The notes beneath the pieces were generated by a model. That model did no database searches. It saw only the letters and a program-made list of their open reading frames with translations, and was not told the DNA's origin. A program made the translations under genes and the position numbers. Positions 9,456 through 17,739 of a DNA stretch of 64,000 nucleotides are shown here, piece by piece. The DNA lies in NCBI GenBank assembly GCA_033977065.1, contig JAXCHI010000003.1, positions 224,001 to 288,000 of the forward strand. The letters are read 5' to 3'. Every line of letters begins with the position of its first letter. The stretch's first letter is position 1. The DNA is from Candidatus Algichlamydia australiensis (GTDB taxonomy: Bacteria > Chlamydiota > Chlamydiia > Chlamydiales > JAJFMI01).

Positions 9456-9744
9456 AGGATGTTTTCGAATTAGATAGCGTCGTCAAAAGCATACAACCAT
9501 CTTATTTTTCATGTTTGGGCTCCATTTTTGTGCTCAAATGAAGCGGAATTTACAAATTCAGCTTCAATTTCCGCACAAAAACAAGCTGCAAACATGAAAA
9601 ATAATCTGATTATAGCTTTTTGACGACGCTATCTAAAATTCAGTCAATTTTTCGGCTCAATTTAAGGGGGTCATATCCGTAAGTTGATATTACCCCTTTA
9701 AATTGAGTCCAAAAACTTGATGAAAGTTAATTTGAAAACGCCCT
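9456..9744. repeat. Palindromic element family D, interrupted by family A copy 3
   Basis: After removing the insert, left arm AGGATGTTTTCGAATTAAAATTCAGTCAATTTTTCGGCTCAATTTAAGGGG pairs with CCCCTTTAAATTGAGTCCAAAAACTTGATGAAAGTTAATTTGAAAACGCCCT. Confidence 0.75.
9471..9635. repeat. MITE-like repeat family A, copy 3 (nested)
   Basis: Near-identical to 6960-7124; both TIRs carry the compensatory GCGTC/GACGC variant. Confidence 0.9.
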
Positions 9745-9745
9745 T

Positions 9746-10534
9746 TTATACGCCAGTGATTTCGGAAATAATTCGATTAAAGTGTCCCCTTTTTAACTTT
9801 CCAAAAGGATCCTGAGCTTCAAGAATGGAATAATCTGATGGTGAAGCATCTCTCAGCCAATTTTTCAAATTATTTATAAATGTTTTTCCCCAGTTTGGAC
9901 GTTCTTTTTTTAAAATTTTCAGTTCTGAAACTGCTTCTATTGAAAACTCTCCAAGTTGTGACGAAACGTACCAAATTCCATAAAGATCCTTACAAATTTT
10001 GGGTAAGTTTCTTCTTTTTAAAAAAGTAAGTCCTTTATGGAAGATCCAAGCACCAGGGGAAACAACCCAGCCCAACTCACCAGATGAAGTTTGAAATTCT
10101 CTAGTCACCTCAAGACTTAACTCTAAATAACTAAGAGGTTGCGCTACAATTCCTGAAATAAATACATTCTTATATTTATTTTTCCTAGCTAAAGCGTCTG
10201 TTAAGAATTCAATTTCAATTTCTAAATTATTGACTTTTTTTATATAACCTTCAGTTGGCGGCTCATTTAAATCTTTGAAAACGTGAGTAAATCCCGCTTC
10301 AATCAAAAATTTTGCAATATTTTTTTTGGATACCTCTGGAATTTTTCGAGGAACAAGAGAGTCAATATCCCTTGTGCCAATGGGTATTCTCTCAGTTGTT
10401 GGATCTGAAAAATAAAGCTTGTATATCATTAAAGCAAAGCCTCCACCAACCACAATAAAATCTTTCCAAGGCCCTATTGAACGAAGAAACTCCTCTATAA
10501 TTTTTTCCTCATTTTCCAATGATTTAATCGTCAT
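9746..10534 (-). CDS. Nucleotidyltransferase-fold toxin (AbiEii/GSU2403-like), type IV TA
   Basis: VVGGGFAL...GTRDID, IEFL, FHK, KDLY motifs; coupled to upstream HTH gene. Confidence 0.75.
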   Translation of the reverse strand: MTIKSLENEEKIIEEFLRSIGPWKDFIVVGGGFALMIYKLYFSDPTTERIPIGTRDIDSLVPRKIPEVSKKNIAKFLIEAGFTHVFKDLNEPPTEGYIKKVNNLEIEIEFLTDALARKNKYKNVFISGIVAQPLSYLELSLEVTREFQTSSGELGWVVSPGAWIFHKGLTFLKRRNLPKICKDLYGIWYVSSQLGEFSIEAVSELKILKKERPNWGKTFINNLKNWLRDASPSDYSILEAQDPFGKLKRGHFNRIISEITGV

Positions 10535-11253
10535 TTTCCACCATATATTTTTTTGAGTTCAGGAAAACGCTCAGCCATAAATTCTGCTTGCTCTTGCCCA
10601 CGCAAGGGGAAGTGGTAAAGATCGAGATACGTGAGCATTGTGGAAGAAATATTTACATCATTTTGGGGCTCAAGCAGGTTTTTATAGTAGGGCTCAATGA
10701 GCAGCACTTCGTATCCTCTTTCTTGAGGTTCCAGCTGAAGACAACTTTCTAATTTAGGTCGTATTGCCAAATCCAGCATATACAATTCTACTGTTTCAAG
10801 ATTAGTGTTTTTACACCTATACATTTCTGCTGCGGTGTGAAGCGCGAACGCAACTTTTTTTGATAAAGCAAATTCTTTGAGAAAATGCAGCACCTCTACT
10901 CTCCCTTCTAAAGAGGTTTGGTAAGTCCACATCCTACATTTTTTTCTAATATCGTAATGATTTAGCCAACTTTTAAAAAGTAACTTTGGTTTTTTTAAAA
11001 TAAACCTTTTCGAAGTGCGTACTCCTTCTGTCTGAAGAAACCCATACTGAGTTAAAGTTTTAAAAATTCTTTGCACGAGGCCAAGACTAACCCTAGTATC
11101 TCGTGAAACTTCTCTTAGCGAAAACTGCTCCTTTTCAATCCCAGTTAAGAGAAGCCAGGCTAAAACAGTAGAAGATTTTTCTGCATAAATATTGCTCTCT
11201 TTAAAGAGTGCATTCGAGCCAATAACAAACCTGTTTCTCATCTTACTGTTCAC
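10531..11253 (-). CDS. AbiEi-family antitoxin / HTH transcriptional regulator
   Basis: FSLREVSRDTRVSLGLVQRIFKTL HTH; C-terminal TYLDLYHFPLRGQEQAE; start GTG 11253 or ATG 11241. Confidence 0.75.
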   Translation of the reverse strand: MNSKMRNRFVIGSNALFKESNIYAEKSSTVLAWLLLTGIEKEQFSLREVSRDTRVSLGLVQRIFKTLTQYGFLQTEGVRTSKRFILKKPKLLFKSWLNHYDIRKKCRMWTYQTSLEGRVEVLHFLKEFALSKKVAFALHTAAEMYRCKNTNLETVELYMLDLAIRPKLESCLQLEPQERGYEVLLIEPYYKNLLEPQNDVNISSTMLTYLDLYHFPLRGQEQAEFMAERFPELKKIYGGK

Positions 11254-11296
11254 TATAACAGACTGTTCATTTTATAGTGAACAGTCTGTTATAGTG
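11251..11296. promoter_or_regulatory. Perfect 19-bp inverted-repeat operator of AbiE-like operon
   Basis: CACTATAACAGACTGTTCA-TTTTATAG-TGAACAGTCTGTTATAGTG over the start region; extra half-site ACTGTTCAC at 11245. Confidence 0.75.
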
Positions 11297-11547
11297 TTAA
11301 TAATCAAGTGACTACCTCATTTTTTTGTTGCTGAAAATAACATTTTTTGTAAAGATAAACTATCAATTCGGGAGGTTTATTACATGATTGATTTTACTCT
11401 TTTAATAATCTCTGAAATTTTTGAGTGGATAATTAAAGCTATTGTATTAGTTGTTTCCCGCGTTTTAAATTTATCCCAAGGAATAAAGAAGTTATTTAGG
11501 AGATAGTCTTTCTCTCCATAGGAGAAACTGGGTAACAACTTAAGTTT

Positions 11548-12501
11548 TTAGACGGATTCGAATTTGTTAGCCACAATCTGCTCAATATATGAGAGATCAT
11601 CTTGCCGTATAGGGCGATCACCTAAGAGCTCGCGGAGCGTCTGCTCATCTTTTTCGTAATCGTTAAAATTGAGGTAGTCACAAACAATTTCTGTAAGTTC
11701 GCGAAGATCTTCTTCTTCAATGACTTGTTCTTTAGCAAGAAGAAAAACCTCTAAGAAGAGATCACTCTCTGTCGCAGAAGCGGTGAGCCGCAAAAGTTCA
11801 TAGAGAAGTTCTACGTCAGGCTCTTCTTTAAGCTCTTCAATAAGACGCTCAGCCATTGTCTCTGCTTCTGCTTCGTCTGTCTCAAAAAGAAGGGGCAAGC
11901 GCAAGAAATCAAATCGCCGCTTATCATGCACGTAAGAGTGAAAACCATCGACTAGCTCTGAGACATCGAGATGGCGTCCTTCATCAATCAAATCAAGGCA
12001 GTAATCAAAGAGAAAAATTTCTAAATCGTGGGCCAAGTAGGGTTTTAAAGCATCCCAAATCTCCTCTTCGTCTAAACCCTCATCAAAGGAATCATCTAAA
12101 ATGTTTTCTAGTTCTTCAAATTTTTCGAAGAGGGCTTCAGGTTCTGTAAGCTTTTCTAAGTCATAAAGCAAAAAGAGATAGTCGAGCTCATCACAAAAAA
12201 TAGAGAGGGGTTGCTCATCTTTGACGAGACGGCGCCATAGCTCAAAAATGGGAAGATAGAGCTTTTCATTCTCCTCATCTGTGAGTACTTCAAATAGCTC
12301 TTCTGGTGAAGCGCACTCATTAGCAGCGTGAACGAATGCCTCTTCATCAAGCAGGAGACCTTGATCCGCTAAAATAGCAAAGAGACGCTTCGTTTCGAAC
12401 ACGCGGTAGTCTTCGATCTGCCATCGCTCCACTTCCATTGAGGGATCCTCAAGAAAGTTAATCTGCAACAAATTGTAAAAGGCTCTGCCTTGAAACTCCA
12501 T
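11548..12501 (-). CDS. Acidic helical conserved hypothetical protein
   Basis: 317-aa ORF, very E/D/L-rich. Confidence 0.7.
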   Translation of the reverse strand: MEFQGRAFYNLLQINFLEDPSMEVERWQIEDYRVFETKRLFAILADQGLLLDEEAFVHAANECASPEELFEVLTDEENEKLYLPIFELWRRLVKDEQPLSIFCDELDYLFLLYDLEKLTEPEALFEKFEELENILDDSFDEGLDEEEIWDALKPYLAHDLEIFLFDYCLDLIDEGRHLDVSELVDGFHSYVHDKRRFDFLRLPLLFETDEAEAETMAERLIEELKEEPDVELLYELLRLTASATESDLFLEVFLLAKEQVIEEEDLRELTEIVCDYLNFNDYEKDEQTLRELLGDRPIRQDDLSYIEQIVANKFESV

Positions 12502-12584
12502 TTAATTAAAAAAACAATTAGATACTTTTTATCTATTGTATAACAAAAGTGACTTTTTTTTCCTTTCTCTTGTAGAATATTTTT

Positions 12585-13013
12585 GTGAGGAAGCGCTATT
12601 CATATCTTTTATTCGAAGTCGTAATTGGTATCGGTCTTTTGGGACTCTGCTTAACGATGCTCACTATGCGCCCCATTCTTTGTGGCCGCAAAACTTTTAA
12701 AGATTTAGAAGCAATCGAATTGGAACGTATTGCTGAAGTTACTTTTGCAGAAATTCAAGAAGAAATTTTGCATAACCATCCATTTGCAAGCTTTGCATTG
12801 ACAGAGAAGGAAGCTAAAGACTTTGACTTGGATGATTATCTCTTTACTTTGGTTCCAGGAAAGCCACGAAAACTCAAGCGCTCCTATAAAATTTGGAAGA
12901 GACGCAAACAGTTTGGAGCTGATGGTCACAATGTAAAGCTTGTGCGTTGTGATATTTTTTTAGGAAAAAATAGATATTCTAACCTTCTGTTTTTAGAAGA
13001 AACTTCACAATAA
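12585..13013 (+). CDS. Type II secretion pseudopilin-like protein
   Basis: RKRYS-YLLFE-VVIGIGLL prepilin-like N-terminus with E at +5. Confidence 0.6.
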   Translation: MRKRYSYLLFEVVIGIGLLGLCLTMLTMRPILCGRKTFKDLEAIELERIAEVTFAEIQEEILHNHPFASFALTEKEAKDFDLDDYLFTLVPGKPRKLKRSYKIWKRRKQFGADGHNVKLVRCDIFLGKNRYSNLLFLEETSQ

Positions 13014-13037
13014 TAAATTTTTTTGTATGTTAAATAC

Positions 13038-14897
13038 ATGCAAGAATTTAAGCCCTATGTACCTGCTGAGGAATCTCCTCCTGAATTCACGTTTAAAGCC
13101 ATTTTTCTAGGTCTAATTTTAGGTCTAATTTTCTGTGTGGGGAATGCCTATCTAGGCTTAAAAATCGGAACCACTATCTCTGCCTCCATTCCAGCTGCTG
13201 TCTTTTCTATGGCCATTTTGCGTCTACTTTTTCGCAATGTTTCTATTTTAGAAAATAATATTGTGCAAACCGTAGCAGCTGTTGGCGAGGGTTTAGCTGC
13301 AGGAATCGCTTTTACTGTTCCCGCTCTTTTTATCTTAGGAGCCGCCCCTTCTAGCGGGCATATTTTTTTATTAGCTCTTCTGGGGGGTGTCTTAGGAATT
13401 ATTTTTATGATTCCTATGCGCCGCTTCATTATTGTTCGAGAGCATGGGATTCTCCCTTTTCCAGAGGGGACAGCGTGTGCTGAGATTCTAAAAACAAGCG
13501 AAGGAAGCAGAAGCTCTACGCTACTTGCCGGGATCGGTCTTCTAGTGGGCTCCCTTTACAAGTTTGCAAATAGTGCGCTCTACCTCTGGAATGAGGTAGT
13601 GAATTTTACTTTTAAAAAATTTCAAAATGCTCTCCTCTCAATCGACTGCACTCCTTCTCTTCTGGGAGTCGGCTACATCATTGGTCCACGAATTTCTGCA
13701 ATCATGTTTTCAGGGGGTCTTGTTGCCTGGTGGGTGATTATTCCTCTTATCAAGACTGTTGGTACCGGTGGTGCGGTGATTTTCCCTGGAACAATTCCCC
13801 TCGATCAGATGGACTCGGGAATGATTTGGAGCACCTATGTCCGCTACATTGGCGCGGGAGCAGTCGCCACTGGAGGAATTTTTAATTTAATAAAAATTGG
13901 CCCTGTCATTTGGAAGACAATTCATGTAAGTATTCGTGAACTCTTCGAAGGGTTTGGCGCAAAAGAGGGTGTTCTGCGCACTGACAAGGACATCTCAATG
14001 AAGTGGCTCATTTTGGGATCAATTGCCACAATTATGACGCTTTGGCTTTTTCCCGGATTTCACTTAAATCTTCTCACAATTATCCTCCTTATCACTCTCG
14101 GATTTTTCTTTAGTTGTGTTACCTCCATCACAGTCGGACTCGTGGGAAGTACTTCTAATCCTGTTTCTGGGATGACCATTACGACTCTTTTAATTACTTG
14201 CTTTATCTTTCTTGCTCTGGGTTGGACAGAACGCGTCTATCTTCTTGCCGCAATCACTATGAGTTGTGTGGCCAATGTCGCGATTGCCCTTGCAGCCACT
14301 ACGTCTCAAGATTTAAAAACAGGGTTTTTGCTTGGTGCTACGCCGCGCAAATTGCAAGTTGCAGAATTAATTGGCGTGATTCTACCCGCTCTAGCAATTG
14401 GTGGTACGCTCTTTCTTTTAAATAAAGCATACGGGTTTGGGAGCGAACAACTGCCAGCTCCACAAGGAACACTGATGGCAATGATTGCAAAAGGAGTGAT
14501 TTCTCAAGATCTGCCCGTTACACTTGTAGGAATTGGGGTATTACTTGGGCTTGTCATGGCTCTTGTACGTGTGCCGATTCTCCCCTTTGCAATCGGTCTT
14601 TATCTTCCTCTATCTCTCTCCTCGGCAACTGTGATTGGAGGCGCGCTTCGTGGAATTGTAAACCATTTTTCAAAAGATAAGCTTACACCAGAACGTGGAC
14701 TTTTGGCGGCTTCTGGCCTAATAGCTGGCGATGCCTGTACAGGTGTGATTGTAGCATTGCTGACTGTTCTTGGCGTAATTCCGGCAGCAGCAACGGGAAA
14801 ACTACCCGATCTTCTCTCTGTTGCTTTTTATTTGATTCTTGCGGCTGGATTGGGGTATTTAGCTCAAAAAAAATCTTCTCTTGATAGTGCTGATTGA
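13038..14897 (+). CDS. OPT-family oligopeptide transporter
   Basis: AYLGLKIG..ISASIP, ENNIVQT, FPEGTAC, SNPVSG, QDLKTG, APQG motifs; many TM helices. Confidence 0.92.
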   Translation: MQEFKPYVPAEESPPEFTFKAIFLGLILGLIFCVGNAYLGLKIGTTISASIPAAVFSMAILRLLFRNVSILENNIVQTVAAVGEGLAAGIAFTVPALFILGAAPSSGHIFLLALLGGVLGIIFMIPMRRFIIVREHGILPFPEGTACAEILKTSEGSRSSTLLAGIGLLVGSLYKFANSALYLWNEVVNFTFKKFQNALLSIDCTPSLLGVGYIIGPRISAIMFSGGLVAWWVIIPLIKTVGTGGAVIFPGTIPLDQMDSGMIWSTYVRYIGAGAVATGGIFNLIKIGPVIWKTIHVSIRELFEGFGAKEGVLRTDKDISMKWLILGSIATIMTLWLFPGFHLNLLTIILLITLGFFFSCVTSITVGLVGSTSNPVSGMTITTLLITCFIFLALGWTERVYLLAAITMSCVANVAIALAATTSQDLKTGFLLGATPRKLQVAELIGVILPALAIGGTLFLLNKAYGFGSEQLPAPQGTLMAMIAKGVISQDLPVTLVGIGVLLGLVMALVRVPILPFAIGLYLPLSLSSATVIGGALRGIVNHFSKDKLTPERGLLAASGLIAGDACTGVIVALLTVLGVIPAAATGKLPDLLSVAFYLILAAGLGYLAQKKSSLDSAD

Positions 14898-14920
14898 TTT
14901 TATGTGCTACAATTTCTAGC

Positions 14921-15493
14921 ATGAAACGTCGCGCATTTACTCTTGTAGAAATCATCATCGCTTTTGGGCTTTTAGCCCTCATCACAACAACGCTTTTTAC
15001 AACGTTTAGACGCCAAGCGCTTCTAAAGGCAGAGCTAACTCGCGCTGAAAGGAGTGTTTTGCAAAGAAAATATTTCTCCGAGCGCTTCTCTCAAATTTTT
15101 TCTTCCCTTGCTCTGCAAGAACCCTTCTACTTAGATGAGGAGCAAGCTCTTCATTTTGTTTTTGATAATGGGATCGATCCCGAGAGAGCTTTTTGTCACC
15201 ATGTGCACGGCAAGATTTTTCTTAAAAAAAAGAGGCTTCTGCTGGAAATTAGCTCTCTTGATCGGAAAGAGAGTCGCGAGGAACTTCTTTTTGAAAAGGT
15301 AAACGAAGTGGCCTACCGCTTTATCTCTTTTCCTCCGAAAAACGACGAGATGGGCCAAGAGATCGTACCTACAAGTTGGCCCAAGGAAGAGAGCGCTCCT
15401 CCGCGACTGATGCGCCTCTCTCTTAAGTTCAAAGATGATGAGGTGAATTACGCTTTCTCTCTTAATCCAAGTAAAATCTCCTACGTTAGATGA
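14921..15493 (+). CDS. Prepilin-type N-terminal cleavage/methylation protein (pseudopilin)
   Basis: MKRRA-FTLVEIIIAFGLL. Confidence 0.85.
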   Translation: MKRRAFTLVEIIIAFGLLALITTTLFTTFRRQALLKAELTRAERSVLQRKYFSERFSQIFSSLALQEPFYLDEEQALHFVFDNGIDPERAFCHHVHGKIFLKKKRLLLEISSLDRKESREELLFEKVNEVAYRFISFPPKNDEMGQEIVPTSWPKEESAPPRLMRLSLKFKDDEVNYAFSLNPSKISYVR

Positions 15494-16284
15494 ACATTCT
15501 TCCCTTTATTACGGTCTTTCTTCTTGTCTTTGCTCTTCTTGCTTCAAGTTTTATGTCTGGCGTAGGAGAAATTACAAGTACAGCCAAAGCGCATCGGGAG
15601 TACATGGCGGACATGCGGGCAGAGCGTAATAAGATAGAGACTCAGCTCTACGAAAAGACCAAGCGCAAGCATAGGAAAAAGCCTCCCTCACCGGGATTGA
15701 AAAAAGAGAAGAGGGAGAGACCCTACATCTCTGCTCGTATTCGCGCAAAAAATTCAGATTTTGCAAAGTTCAACTTGTTTCGCCTCATAAGCGAGACCCA
15801 AACGCCAAAAACACTTGACCAAGCTTTTTCAAATTTATTACACAAACTCTACTCTGGAGCGATTCCGTCTCATGAAATTGAATTATTAAAGAAAAAAATC
15901 CTGCAACGCGGTCAACAAAAATTAAAAAAAGCAGCAAAAAAAGGGGAAGAGATCGATTTTTTTGAGTTGACAGAGCTGCTCAACGTCGAAGACCCTGCAA
16001 GTTATAAAATCCTGCGCGGTACACATAAGCACGACTTAACAACTGGTATTATGCCACTTGGTGAGTTTGTCTATTTTGATAAAACTTCCTCCCCTTTGTA
16101 CATCAATCTCGCTTCCCCCGAGCTTCTTCTTCTCCTTTTTGGAGAGGAGAAAATGCAAAAAATCCTTTTCAAAGAGCAAAAACTGAAGCGTGGTTTAAAA
16201 AGACAAGAGTTTCAGGAGATCATTCCTGAAAAACTATTCTCTAGCATGTGGCTGCAGACGTCCCAGAAAGTTCCTTCGGGATAA
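15490..16284 (+). CDS. Membrane-anchored T2SS-associated protein (GspK-like position)
   Basis: N-terminal TM, YINLASPELL motif, coupled to pseudopilin. Confidence 0.5.
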   Translation: MNILPFITVFLLVFALLASSFMSGVGEITSTAKAHREYMADMRAERNKIETQLYEKTKRKHRKKPPSPGLKKEKRERPYISARIRAKNSDFAKFNLFRLISETQTPKTLDQAFSNLLHKLYSGAIPSHEIELLKKKILQRGQQKLKKAAKKGEEIDFFELTELLNVEDPASYKILRGTHKHDLTTGIMPLGEFVYFDKTSSPLYINLASPELLLLLFGEEKMQKILFKEQKLKRGLKRQEFQEIIPEKLFSSMWLQTSQKVPSG

Positions 16285-17677
16285 GAATTGTAAAGGTAGT
16301 TCCCTGATTGTGTACTGAAGAGACATGGATCGTCCCACGATGCTTTTCTACGATACGACGCACAATAGAGAGGCCAAGGCCTGCTCCTCCCATACTGCGC
16401 GAATGCGCTTTATCTACTGTGTAGAAGCGATCAAAAACATGAGGCAGATCTTGTGGAGGGATACCGATCCCTTTATCTGCAATCTTGATCACCACTTCAT
16501 TTTCTCGATCTTCAACGGTCACGCGGATAGAGGCATTCCCCTCTGAATACTTGACAGCATTTTGCAAAAGATTTGTAAGGGCGAGGCCAAAAAGGTCGCC
16601 GTTAAGAGGAATTTCTATTTGTTCTTTATTGTGGAGGATCTCAATAAATGTTTCTGGATGGATAAGTAATAAATTTCGGTTGCAGTCATCGACAAGTGAA
16701 ACTATGTCTGTCTCCTGCAAAGCTCCTGCGTTTTCACTATCAAGATCTGCGAGGGTAAGGAGGTTAGCAACAAGGTGGTTCATACGATTGCAGTTGCGAA
16801 TAATTTTTTCTAAAATTCCCTCTAACATGTCGCTTGAAATTTCATCAATATCTCGCAGAGTCTCAGCAAAACCGCGAATAATGGTGATCGGTGTGCGCAA
16901 CTCGTGGGAAGCATTCGCAATAAAGTCGCGGCCCATCTCTGAGACTTGGTGTTCTACAGCATCATCGCGTAGAGTTAAAACAACCCCGGACGCACCAGGA
17001 ACAGGACAGACGCGAAGAATCACATGCTCATTTGTGACCGCAACTTCAGAAAGTACTGATTGCGTCTCCTGAGAGCGAGAGAGCATCCTCTGAATTTGCT
17101 TCCATAAAGCCGCAGGTAGGCAGTCTGTTAACTCGTGAAACCCCTTGCCAATAAGATCTTTTTTTGGAACTTTCAAGATTTTTTGCGCGCTACGATTGGT
17201 CACGACCGCCTGTAGATTGCCATTAAAGAGAATCACCCCCTCTTCTAGGCCCTCTATCAGCGCTTTGCGTTCTTTGTGACACTCTCCTAAAAAGTACTGC
17301 TCATCTGACGCTTTGCCTGCCATAGCATTAATTTTTTGCGCTAAAAAACCGAATTCATCTGAGCGAGTTAAAATTTTCTCATCTTCGATGTAACCCTCTT
17401 CATGATTTAGTGCTGAGACAATTTTGCGCAGGGGTTGTAGGTTCCGCCAGAGAACAATTCCTGTCACAATTGAAAGGGTAAAAAAAGAAAAAATTGCAAT
17501 ATAGGCAAAGCTCCACTCAAAATTTTGCGCAAAGAGTGGATAGGCCTCTGTTGCGAAGCGTCTTACCTTCGCTGCGTGAATCACAAAAGCATTTAGTACA
17601 ACTGCCATTAACCCAACAAACCCTACCGTGAGAACACTTAGAGTGCGAATTAGACGTCTTTGGATGCGAGGCTTCAT
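16241..17677 (-). CDS. Sensor histidine kinase, PhoR/WalK-like (HAMP-PAS-HisKA-HATPase)
   Basis: ASHELRTP H-box, NLLQNAVKY, DKGIGI, FDRFY, GAGLGLSI. Confidence 0.93.
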   Translation of the reverse strand: MKPRIQRRLIRTLSVLTVGFVGLMAVVLNAFVIHAAKVRRFATEAYPLFAQNFEWSFAYIAIFSFFTLSIVTGIVLWRNLQPLRKIVSALNHEEGYIEDEKILTRSDEFGFLAQKINAMAGKASDEQYFLGECHKERKALIEGLEEGVILFNGNLQAVVTNRSAQKILKVPKKDLIGKGFHELTDCLPAALWKQIQRMLSRSQETQSVLSEVAVTNEHVILRVCPVPGASGVVLTLRDDAVEHQVSEMGRDFIANASHELRTPITIIRGFAETLRDIDEISSDMLEGILEKIIRNCNRMNHLVANLLTLADLDSENAGALQETDIVSLVDDCNRNLLLIHPETFIEILHNKEQIEIPLNGDLFGLALTNLLQNAVKYSEGNASIRVTVEDRENEVVIKIADKGIGIPPQDLPHVFDRFYTVDKAHSRSMGGAGLGLSIVRRIVEKHRGTIHVSSVHNQGTTFTILIPKELSGTSAATC

Positions 17678-17739
17678 TGCAGAACACTTTACCACCAACC
17701 AAAAAAGTGTTCAAACAGAAAAAGTTAATTCAGAAACAG

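Noticed and set aside
16485..17072. 195-aa plus-strand ORF (likewise 33237-33755)
   Set aside because: Antisense shadows of well-supported genes with no motifs of their own
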